A stretch of 32,000 bases of DNA from Desulfobulbus propionicus DSM 2032. Lineage in GTDB: Bacteria > Desulfobacterota > Desulfobulbia > Desulfobulbales > Desulfobulbaceae. The stretch lies in the NCBI RefSeq assembly GCF_000186885.1, contig NC_014972.1, positions 1,740,001 through 1,772,000 of the forward strand, given 5' to 3'. Below the pieces are notes generated by a model, which did no database searches, was not told the origin of the DNA, and saw only the letters and a list, made by a program, of their open reading frames with translations. The translations under genes were made by a program, and so were the position numbers. Of this stretch, positions 8,728 through 16,562 are shown piece after piece (the first letter of the stretch is position 1; each line of letters opens with the position of its first letter).

Positions 8728-10131
8728 TCAGGAATAGCTGCTGCCGTCCCAGCAATGGGTGCACAGTTGCTCCTTGGGCAGGCCGATGGCCGCGACCAGG
8801 TCTTCCAGCCGCTGGTAGCGCAGCGAGGTGAGGCGCAGCTGGCAACGGATAGTCTCGACCATGGCCAGGTGCTGGGCTGAACCGGCCTGGGCGTACAGGG
8901 GCAGATCCTTGTCCTCGGTCCCCTCAAGCGCACGGATGGTCTTGCGGCCAAGCAGGTCCAGGGTCGAGCGCGAGGTGGAGAAATTGAGGAACATGCAGGG
9001 GTAGATCAGGGCCGGGCAGGCGAGGCGCACATGTACCTCCCGCGCGCCGCAATCAAACAGGGCCTGCACATTGTCCTTGAGCTGGGTGCCGCGGACGATC
9101 GAATCGTCGCAGAGCATCAGTCGACGGCCTTCGATCAACCGGCGCACCGGGATCAGCTTCATTTTCGCCACCAGATCGCGCATGGCTTGGTTTTGGGGCA
9201 TGAAGCTGCGCGGCCAGGTAGGCGTGTATTTGACAAAGGGTCGGTTGTACGGGATTTTCTTTTCGTTGGCATAACCCAGTGCATGGCCGATACCCGAATC
9301 GGGAATACCGGCGACGGTGTCCACGGACACGCCGTCATGACGCGCCAAGGCCGCGCCGCAGGCGTAACGGAAATGTTCGACGTTGATGCCTTCGTACTCG
9401 GAGGCCGGGTAGCCGTAGTAGACCCAGAGAAAGGAGCAAACTTGCATGCGCGGCCCCGGAGGCAGCCGCTGTTCCCAGCCGTCGGCGGTGAGAAAGAGCA
9501 CCTCACCCGGGCCAAGAAAATGGGCGGTGTCGAATCCTAGATTGGGAAAGGCGCTGGTTTCCGAGCTGACCGCGGTCGCCCCTTCGCGGCGGCCCACCAC
9601 CAGCGGCGTCCGGCCGAGGCGGTCACGGGCCGCATAGAGCCCTTGTTCGGTCAGGACAAGCATCGAGCAGGAGCCTTGGATCGCTTCCTGGGCACGGCGG
9701 ATACCGGCTTCGAAGCTGTTTTCCTGGCAGATCAGCATTGCCGTCACTTCGGTTTGGTTGGCGATGCCGTCGGCGGTGCCAGAGAAATGACATTTGTCGG
9801 CAAAGGCCTGTTGGACCAGGTCATCGATGTTGTTGATTCGACCGACGGTGACGATGCCGAAGGTACCGAGATGCGATCCGATGATCAGGGGCTGCGGATC
9901 GGTGTCGCTGATCACGCCGATGCCTTGCCGGCCCTGGAACTGAACCAGCTCGGATTCGAATTTGGAGCGAAAATAGCTGTTTTCGATATTGTGGATGGCG
10001 CGATGGAAGCCCTGGGCATTGCGCACCGCCATCCCGCCGCGTTTTGTGCCCAGATGGGAGTGGTAGTCGGTGCCGTAATACAGATCCGCGACGCAATCCT
10101 CCCGCGAGACAATGCCGAAAAGCCCGCCCAT
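8728..10131 (-). CDS. Amidophosphoribosyltransferase (PurF)-like protein lacking the N-terminal catalytic cysteine
   Basis: 467 aa. PRPP-binding loop LMLCDDSIVRGTQLKD. Cys residues at Fe-S-type PurF-like positions (ACPALIYPCMF, CTHCWDG). Class-II amidotransferase-like N-domain, but it starts MGGLFGIV rather than MCG. An in-frame TGA 12 codons upstream excludes a longer N-terminus. Confidence 0.85.
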   Translation of the reverse strand: MGGLFGIVSREDCVADLYYGTDYHSHLGTKRGGMAVRNAQGFHRAIHNIENSYFRSKFESELVQFQGRQGIGVISDTDPQPLIIGSHLGTFGIVTVGRINNIDDLVQQAFADKCHFSGTADGIANQTEVTAMLICQENSFEAGIRRAQEAIQGSCSMLVLTEQGLYAARDRLGRTPLVVGRREGATAVSSETSAFPNLGFDTAHFLGPGEVLFLTADGWEQRLPPGPRMQVCSFLWVYYGYPASEYEGINVEHFRYACGAALARHDGVSVDTVAGIPDSGIGHALGYANEKKIPYNRPFVKYTPTWPRSFMPQNQAMRDLVAKMKLIPVRRLIEGRRLMLCDDSIVRGTQLKDNVQALFDCGAREVHVRLACPALIYPCMFLNFSTSRSTLDLLGRKTIRALEGTEDKDLPLYAQAGSAQHLAMVETIRCQLRLTSLRYQRLEDLVAAIGLPKEQLCTHCWDGSSYS

Positions 10132-10469
10132 GATACCCTCTGTGAATGGTTTGTCCGTGTTGCGCGGTCAGACCCAAGAAAAGAGCCGGCCGCCGCCTTT
10201 CCGGGCCGTACCTTAGAGGCTTTCGGTCCGCCTGTCCATACAATTTTGTTGTGGGGACAGTCACTGCCGGCTGCGGCAACCGCATCACCGCGGCCTTTCT
10301 CCTCTTCTCGATGGAGGCGGGAAGAATGGTCAATGCGGGAGAAAATTCTACCTCGACGGCCGGATTTCCAGTACAAGAGAACGAGATCGATTGAACGACC
10401 TTGCCGTGTTCAAGGGCTGCGCCGCCCCTGGACACGGCTGATTGATTATCCATCACCCGGTTTGCTGTC

Positions 10470-13400
10470 ATGACCACCCATCCCCCTGCCCCCGGCGCGA
10501 AACAGCCACTCCTGGCTTTTTTCGCCACCGCCGAGCCTCGTTGGTTGGCCTGTTTCCTGTTCCTCTGGACGCTGATTGTCCCGGCCGCGCTCTGGGCCGA
10601 AGGCGAGGCCCAATCGGCCGCACCCAGGGAGGCCGCCGGTCAAGCGCGTTCCAACGGGCCGCGCCGGGTTCTCATCCTCAACTCCTATCATCCGGGCATG
10701 CACTTTTCCGACGAGGAGGTTCGCGGCATTCGCTCCGTCCTGCCGCCCGGCACCGAGGTGTTTCTCGAGTACATGGATACCAAGCGCATCCAGGGTGAGG
10801 CGTATCTGACGCAACTGGCGCAATTGTATGCCATGAAGTACGCGCACTCCCGCTTTGACACCATCTTTTCCCTGGACGACGACGCCCTGCGGTTCCTTCT
10901 TGCCCGCGCCGGTCGACTCTTTCCCGAAACGCCGGTGGTCTTTTGCGGCGTGAATGCCCTGCAGTCGGGCATGCTTGACAACCAGCCCTGGTTCACCGGG
11001 GTGCTCGAAACCATCGATATCGAGGCAAGCCTCGATTTTGCCCTGCGGATGCTGCCGCAAACCACCCAGGTACTGGTGATTACCGATCCGACCACCACCG
11101 GGGCCGCCAACCGTCAGACCCTGGAACGCCTGGCCAGATCTGGTGCCTACAAACAACCCTTTGTGTTTCTCGATCCGGATGGTTCCGGACTCGAAATCGA
11201 TACCCTGGTCGACACGCTCCGACGGTCTCCCGCTGGTTCCATTGTCTACTATGCCGATTTTTATAAAGATAGACAGGGGCACACCGTCAATGCCGAAGCC
11301 ATTGTTCCCCTGGTGGCCAGCCATGCCCCCGGGCCGGTGTTTGTTCACAACGCGACCTACCTGGGATATGGCGTTTTGGGTGGCAAATTGAACAGCGGAT
11401 TTGACCAGGGGGTGACCGCCGGTCACCTGGCCCTCCAGATGTGGCAAGGAAAAAAGGCGGCTGAGATTCCGGTGCTCACCGAAAATGCCAATCGGGTGAT
11501 GGTGGATCATCAGTCGCTCGACCGGTGGAACATCCCGCGCTCGGCGGTGCTGACCGCTGCCGGCACGGAAGAAAAAAACATCATTTTCTTGCATAAACCC
11601 GAACCGTTTTGGCGGGGGAGGGGAGGCTATTTTCTCGCGGGGCTGGGATTTATCGTTTTTCAAGCCGTATTGATCGCCTGGTTGTTTCAACTGCTGCAAC
11701 GTCAGCAGCAGCTGCGCCGCGAGGCGCGAAACGCGGCCGAACGGTTCCGGGCCCTGTTTGACCTGGCCCCCTTTGCCTGCGTGGTCAACGATCAGGCAGG
11801 CCGTTACCTGATGGTCAACCGCGCCTTCACCCAGATCACCGGCATCACCGCCGCGGAAGCCCTGGGCCGCACCAGCCAAGAGGCCGGCGTGCTCCTTGAT
11901 CGGAGCGCCGTTCGCGCCATCAAGCGCGAGCTCGACAAGCACGGTGTTGTTGCGGGAATGGAGGTGCCGGTCACCATTCGGCGGCACCGATTTTTGCACA
12001 CCCTCCAGGCCAGCGCGATGATCGACTGGGAGAGCGGGCCGGTCATCCTCTCGGCCACCGCCGACATCACCACCATCCGTCAGGCCGAGGCGGCCCTGCG
12101 GGAGAGCGAGGAGCGGTATCGGGAGCTGGTGGAAAACGCCAGCATCATCATCATCAAATTCGACATCTCCGGGGTGTTGACCTTTGTCAATGCCTATGCC
12201 CTCAAATTCTTCGGCTTCACCGAAGAGGAACTGCTGGGCAGGAACGTGGTGGGCACCATCGTGCCCGAGATCGACTCGAACGGCCAGGATCTGCGAGTGA
12301 TGATGGCCGCGATCTGCCAGGACACCGAGACCTTTCGCGACAATATCAACGAAAACATGACCCGTGACGGCCAGCGGCTGTGGATCCACTGGAACAACCG
12401 GGTGATCCGGGACGAGCACAACCGAATCTGCGAGATCCTCTCGTTTGGCAGCGACATGACCCGGCGCAAGCAGGCGGAAGACGAGCGGGAACGGCTGCGA
12501 GACCAGTTGTTGCAGGCTCAGAAAATGGAATCCGTGGGGCGGTTGGCCGGCGGCGTCGCCCATGATTTCAACAACATGCTGGGGGTGATCATTGGTCACG
12601 CCGAATTGGCCCTGACCGATGCCGGGCTGGGCACGCGGCTGCGTCACGATCTGCAGCAGATTTTGACAGCGGCTGAACGGTCCGCCGAGCTGACCAGACA
12701 GTTGCTGGCCTTTGCCCGCAAACAGCCCATCGCGCCCAAGGTGCTCGATCTGAATCAGAGCATCACCGAAATGCTCAAGATGCTTCGCCGGCTGATCGGC
12801 GAGGATGTTCAGCTCCTCTGGCGTCCAGGCGAGGGGCTGTGGCCGGTGCGCATCGATCCCACCCAGCTGACCCAGATTCTCGCCAACTTGAGCATCAACG
12901 CCAAGGATGCGGTGGTCGACGATGGCCAGATCGTCATTGAAACCGCCAACACGGTCCTCGATGCCGCCTACTGCACCAGCCGCGTCGGCTGTATCCCCGG
13001 CGAATATGTGCAACTCATGGTGTGCGACAACGGCTGCGGCATGGATCAGGCCACCCAGGAGCGGATTTTTGATCCCTTCTTCACCACCAAGGGGCACGGG
13101 CAGGGGACTGGACTGGGGTTGTCCACGGTCAGCGGCATCGTCACCCAGAACCACGGGCTGATCGAATGTGCCAGCGAACCGGGGCAGGGCACGACCTTTC
13201 GTTTGTACCTTCCCCGGTTCGTCGGCGAGGTCGAGGAGGAAACAATCGCTGAGCCGCCCGTTGTCGTCTCCCCCGGCAGCGGCACCATCCTGTTGGTGGA
13301 GGACGAACAGGTGCTGCTCGAGATGAGCGAGGCCATGCTGGAAACCCTGGGATACACGGTTCTGATCGCCAGTACTGCGGAGGAGGCGCTGCGCTGGGCC

Positions 13401-13670
13401 AGGGAGTACACGGGCGTCATTGACCTGCTCATCACCGACGTGATCATGCCCGGCATGAACGGCAAGGAACTGGCTGCACGGTTGACGGCGATTCGGCCAG
13501 CCATGCGCTGCCTGTTCATGTCCGGCTATCCCGCCGATGTCATCGCCCATCAGGGAATGATCGAGCAGGGCGTGCGATTCATTCAGAAACCATTCACCAA
13601 GACGGCCCTGGCGGCCAAGGTGCGGGAAGCGCTACCAGAACGGTCGATGCATGCCCCGGATTCCCGGTGA
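10470..13670 (+). CDS. Hybrid sensor histidine kinase: periplasmic ABC-substrate-binding-like domain, TM, PAS repeats, HisKA, HATPase_c, receiver
   Basis: 1066 aa. Periplasmic RVLILNSYHPGMHFSDEEVRGIRSVL. PAS regions (FDLAPFACVVNDQAGRYLMVNRAF; IIKFDISGVLTFVNAYALKFFGFTEEELLGRN). H-box GRLAGGVAHDFNNML. ATPase blocks VCDNGCGMD and FFTTKGHGQGTGLGLS. Receiver ILLVEDEQ...DLLITDVIMPGMNG. Confidence 0.92.
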   Translation: MTTHPPAPGAKQPLLAFFATAEPRWLACFLFLWTLIVPAALWAEGEAQSAAPREAAGQARSNGPRRVLILNSYHPGMHFSDEEVRGIRSVLPPGTEVFLEYMDTKRIQGEAYLTQLAQLYAMKYAHSRFDTIFSLDDDALRFLLARAGRLFPETPVVFCGVNALQSGMLDNQPWFTGVLETIDIEASLDFALRMLPQTTQVLVITDPTTTGAANRQTLERLARSGAYKQPFVFLDPDGSGLEIDTLVDTLRRSPAGSIVYYADFYKDRQGHTVNAEAIVPLVASHAPGPVFVHNATYLGYGVLGGKLNSGFDQGVTAGHLALQMWQGKKAAEIPVLTENANRVMVDHQSLDRWNIPRSAVLTAAGTEEKNIIFLHKPEPFWRGRGGYFLAGLGFIVFQAVLIAWLFQLLQRQQQLRREARNAAERFRALFDLAPFACVVNDQAGRYLMVNRAFTQITGITAAEALGRTSQEAGVLLDRSAVRAIKRELDKHGVVAGMEVPVTIRRHRFLHTLQASAMIDWESGPVILSATADITTIRQAEAALRESEERYRELVENASIIIIKFDISGVLTFVNAYALKFFGFTEEELLGRNVVGTIVPEIDSNGQDLRVMMAAICQDTETFRDNINENMTRDGQRLWIHWNNRVIRDEHNRICEILSFGSDMTRRKQAEDERERLRDQLLQAQKMESVGRLAGGVAHDFNNMLGVIIGHAELALTDAGLGTRLRHDLQQILTAAERSAELTRQLLAFARKQPIAPKVLDLNQSITEMLKMLRRLIGEDVQLLWRPGEGLWPVRIDPTQLTQILANLSINAKDAVVDDGQIVIETANTVLDAAYCTSRVGCIPGEYVQLMVCDNGCGMDQATQERIFDPFFTTKGHGQGTGLGLSTVSGIVTQNHGLIECASEPGQGTTFRLYLPRFVGEVEEETIAEPPVVVSPGSGTILLVEDEQVLLEMSEAMLETLGYTVLIASTAEEALRWAREYTGVIDLLITDVIMPGMNGKELAARLTAIRPAMRCLFMSGYPADVIAHQGMIEQGVRFIQKPFTKTALAAKVREALPERSMHAPDSR

Positions 13671-13994
13671 TCGCCGCCCAGTCGGATAGCCGCTGTCCCG
13701 TGTCCGACATGCGGTCGCGGTCGTGTTCGTCTCCAACAGGCGGCAGGCCCCGCTGGTTCATTGTTGGTTTGCGTTGCCCGTTCCTCCGGGCGGGCAAATA
13801 CCGGCAATGAGTGGGTTACTCTTGTCGATTATTCAATTTTTTATTGACAGAGGAGGTGGGGTATATTTCGATCATGGAGCATTATAGAGGGCTTGGCACG
13901 CGAATCCAGGTCGTGGCGAACAGGCGATGTTTGCCGGCCGGATGAACGGTCGATTGGCTCGTCTCCAATGAACCCCCAATTTCAAGGCAGGACT

Positions 13995-14222
13995 ATGGTT
14001 GACAGAGAAAACGATGAGGAAGATGTCCAGATTGAGGAGTGCTCCGTCTGCGGTGGCGATATCATCATCGATAGCTACTGCGAAGAGGATGATATTGTTT
14101 ATTGCAATGATTGCGAGGCCGAGTACCTGATCCGTTCGCTAGACCCCATCCGTTTGAAATTGCTCGACGACGACGCCGATGCCGATGACGCGGACGATTC
14201 CTTTGATGAAGAGTTCGAGTGA
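13995..14222 (+). CDS. Small acidic zinc-ribbon protein resembling LysW/ArgW amino-group carrier proteins
   Basis: 75 aa from ATG 13995. The ORF is open from TTG 13893, with an alternative ATG at 13968. CSVCGG...CNDCEAEY zinc ribbon, then SLDPIRLKLL, then an Asp/Glu-rich tail ending DEEFE. This layout parallels Thermus LysW (CxxC...CxDCGAELEV.GLDPLRLE, acidic tail ending in Glu). The start site is uncertain. Confidence 0.55.
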   Translation: MVDRENDEEDVQIEECSVCGGDIIIDSYCEEDDIVYCNDCEAEYLIRSLDPIRLKLLDDDADADDADDSFDEEFE

Positions 14223-14291
14223 TTGACGCTCATTGCAGGACAAGCCGCACGGGTGCCCCGGTTGACAAAACTTTACCCAAGGTGTTGACGC

Positions 14292-15128
14292 ATGAATTTC
14301 TTGAATCTTTCATCGAAAAAGGTTGCCTACAATCAAGCCAAGGCCGTCATCCTACCCATTCCCCACGGTGGTTCGAGCAAGAATATCCCCTTGGATAAAG
14401 GTCCCGAGGCCATTTTGCTTGCCTCGCAGATGCTTTCCGCCTATGACGTCGAAACCAATACCGATCTTGATGAACTGCAGCTGCATACCCTGGAACCGTT
14501 GCTCTGCCCTGACGACCCGCAGGCCGTGGTGGAGGAGGTGGCCAATCAGAGCAACCCGCACTTCAAGAAAAACAAGCTGGTCGCGGCCATCGGCGGCAGC
14601 CACCTGATCAGCGAAGGCCTGGTCAATGCGGCCCTGGGCCAGGACAACAACCTCAGTGTCATTCATCTCGGGGCCCATCCCCACCTGCTCGATTCCGTTG
14701 CCGATGCGCCCGATGTGATGGCACGGATCAAGGAAAAGTGCCCCGTTTCCCATATCGGCATCCGCAGCATGGCCAAGGCCGAGAAGAACAAAGTGCATAT
14801 CGATAACCTGGTGTTTGCCCGGGATATCTACAACAACGGCCTGAACGCCGCGGCGGACGCCATCGATGTCCTTGGTGAAACCGTCTACCTGGCCATCAAC
14901 CTCGACGTCCTCGATCCGGCCTGCATGCCTGCGGTGACCAAACCGGAACCCGGCGGGCTTGACTGGTATAGCCTCAACAACCTGATCCGCATGATTGCCC
15001 GGGAAAAATCGATTATCGGATTCGATGTCACCGGGCTGGTGCCGCAGAAAAACGGCCTCCATGCCCACCTCCTGGCCGCCAAGCTGGTATATAAAACGCT
15101 GATCTGCTGTCTGAAAAACAGCCGCTGA
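14292..15128 (+). CDS. Ureohydrolase (arginase/agmatinase/formiminoglutamase) fold protein with non-canonical metal-ligand residues
   Basis: 278 aa. Family blocks are recognisable but altered: AAIGGSHLIS (GGDH block), VIHLGAHPHL (DAHxD block), YLAINLDVLDPACMPAVTKPEPGGL (SxDxDxxDP...GG block), IIGFDVTGLVP. AAGGTG RBS. Confidence 0.75.
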   Translation: MNFLNLSSKKVAYNQAKAVILPIPHGGSSKNIPLDKGPEAILLASQMLSAYDVETNTDLDELQLHTLEPLLCPDDPQAVVEEVANQSNPHFKKNKLVAAIGGSHLISEGLVNAALGQDNNLSVIHLGAHPHLLDSVADAPDVMARIKEKCPVSHIGIRSMAKAEKNKVHIDNLVFARDIYNNGLNAAADAIDVLGETVYLAINLDVLDPACMPAVTKPEPGGLDWYSLNNLIRMIAREKSIIGFDVTGLVPQKNGLHAHLLAAKLVYKTLICCLKNSR

Positions 15129-15151
15129 ATTCCCAGGAGCGCGTGAAAGAC

Positions 15152-15177
15152 CGGGATGGCCGACCAAGGCCATCCCG
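15152..15177 (+). other. Strong stem-loop just downstream of the ureohydrolase stop (possible U-tract-less terminator or RNA stability element)
   Basis: CGGGATGGCC (15152-15161) pairs perfectly with GGCCATCCCG (15168-15177), with a 6-nt loop GACCAA. No T-run follows. Confidence 0.5.
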
Positions 15178-15395
15178 TGTGCGTCTTGGGCTCGACCCGT
15201 CTTGCTGTTCATCCCTCCTCTCCTGAGCTGTTGCCGGATCCGGCGGTCAGGGCCCCCAGCTTCCTGTCCACAGCATTTCTCCCAATGAAAAAGGAGGCGG
15301 GCGTTGTCTTTGCCATTGAAGAGCAGACCCTGTTCGTTGTAGAAAACAGCGCGAAGAACACCGGATCGGTCATTGACCGACGGCCAGGATAACGT

Positions 15396-15425
15396 CAACC
15401 GGCACTCGACGCCGGTTGTTTTTTT
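15396..15425 (+). terminator. Canonical intrinsic terminator abutting the potA ribosome-binding site (attenuator candidate)
   Basis: CAACCGGC (15396-15403), loop ACTCGAC, GCCGGTTG (15411-15418), then TTTTTTT (15419-15425). GAGGAG follows directly (15426-15431), then the potA TTG start at 15441. Confidence 0.8.
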
Positions 15426-15440
15426 GAGGAGACGGGCGGG

Positions 15441-16562
15441 TTGAACAAAGCGGTTGTCGAACTGATCGGGGTGGATAAGGACTATGGCGGCCATCGGGCC
15501 CTCGCCAACATATCCCTCACGGTGGCCGATGGGGAGTTTCTTTCCCTACTCGGCCCCTCGGGCTGCGGCAAGACCACCCTGCTCCGGCTGATCGGCGGCT
15601 TTGAAGACTGTACCCGCGGTCAGCTGTTGCTCGATGGTCGGATCATGGACCGGGTGCCGCCGGAAAAACGGGCGGTGAACACCGTGTTTCAGAATTATGC
15701 CCTGTTTCCCCACATGACGGTGTTCGACAACATCGCCTTTGGTCTGCGCATGGCCAAGAAGGGCACGGACGATATCAGGCAGGCCGTGCATCAGGCCCTG
15801 GAATTGGTTGAGCTTGCCGGGATGGCCCACCGCAAACCCGCTGAACTCTCCGGCGGCCAGCAGCAGCGGGTGGCCATTGCCCGGGCCATTGTCAACAAAC
15901 CTCGGGTCCTGCTGCTCGACGAGCCGCTTTCCGCCCTCGACCACCGTCTGCGCAAGCAGATGCAAAAGGAGCTCAAGCAGCTGCAGCGTACCCTGGGCAT
16001 CACCTTTCTCCTCGTGACCCACGACCAGGACGAGGCGTTCGCCATGTCCGACCGGGTGGTGGTCATGCAGCAGGGCCGGATCGAGCAGATCGGCACCCCG
16101 ATGGAGATCTACGAAGAACCGGTCAACCTCTACGTGGCCCGCTTTGTCGGCGATATCAACGTGCTCGACGGTGTCATCCGCGAGCAGACCGGGTCAACCA
16201 CCTTCATCGCCTTGGTGGAGGGGGCGGTCGTCCGTCTCAGGAGCAATCGCGCCCTCAACCTCGGTCAGTCGATCCATGTGCTGCTGCGGCCCGAGGATTT
16301 CCGCCTCGAACTGGAACAGGACATCGCCCAGTCCCGGGATCTCTCCGCCAAATTCCAGCAGGCGCGGCTCAAGGGCACGGTACGGCGCATCTTCTATCAC
16401 GGCGCCACCTATGACGTGGAAGTCAGCCTCGAGAGCGGCACCCGGGTGCAGGTCACCGAATTTTTCGATGACGACAGCGACAACCTCTATTTCAAACCTG
16501 GTGATTCGGTGGCGCTCGGCTGGCATGAGGGGTGGGAGGTGGTGCTGCCGCATGAAGACTGA
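15441..16562 (+). CDS. potA: Spermidine/putrescine ABC transporter ATP-binding protein PotA
   Basis: 373 aa. Walker A GPSGCGKTT, Q-loop, signature LSGGQQQRVAIARA, Walker B LLLDEPLSALD, plus a C-terminal TOBE-like regulatory domain. TTG start with GAGGAG upstream. Confidence 0.92.
   Translation: MNKAVVELIGVDKDYGGHRALANISLTVADGEFLSLLGPSGCGKTTLLRLIGGFEDCTRGQLLLDGRIMDRVPPEKRAVNTVFQNYALFPHMTVFDNIAFGLRMAKKGTDDIRQAVHQALELVELAGMAHRKPAELSGGQQQRVAIARAIVNKPRVLLLDEPLSALDHRLRKQMQKELKQLQRTLGITFLLVTHDQDEAFAMSDRVVVMQQGRIEQIGTPMEIYEEPVNLYVARFVGDINVLDGVIREQTGSTTFIALVEGAVVRLRSNRALNLGQSIHVLLRPEDFRLELEQDIAQSRDLSAKFQQARLKGTVRRIFYHGATYDVEVSLESGTRVQVTEFFDDDSDNLYFKPGDSVALGWHEGWEVVLPHED

Noticed and set aside
10446-13550. 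1034-aa ORF on the minus strand, antisense to almost the whole hybrid kinase gene
   Set aside because: The plus-strand frame carries unmistakable PAS, HisKA, HATPase and REC motifs. The antisense translation is rich in Gly, Asp, His, Gln, Pro and Arg, with no motif, signal or RBS I could find. Long stop-free antisense frames are expected opposite GC-rich, codon-biased genes. Only Ribo-seq or proteomics could rescue it.
13844-13867. TTGACA ... TATATT pair upstream of the LysW-like gene
   Set aside because: The spacer is only 12 nt by my count, too short for a sigma70 promoter. The region is AT-rich and probably contains the real promoter, but I cannot place it.
13874-13945. 23-codon ORF (MEHYRGLGTRIQVVANRRCLPAG) downstream of a strong GAGGAGG
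   Set aside because: The Shine-Dalgarno-like sequence is 17 nt from the ATG, which is too far, and the peptide is featureless.
14352-15494. 380-aa minus-strand ORF covering the ureohydrolase gene and the potA leader
   Set aside because: It is antisense to a gene with recognisable ureohydrolase blocks, runs through an intrinsic terminator, and has no motif support.
16144-16551. N-terminal 136 codons of the track ORF 16144-17406, and likewise 17534-18166 of ORF 17534-19219
   Set aside because: These are upstream extensions in shadow frames overlapping potA and potC. The genuine PotB and PotD starts are at 16552 and 18167, where the family-typical N-termini and signal peptide begin.
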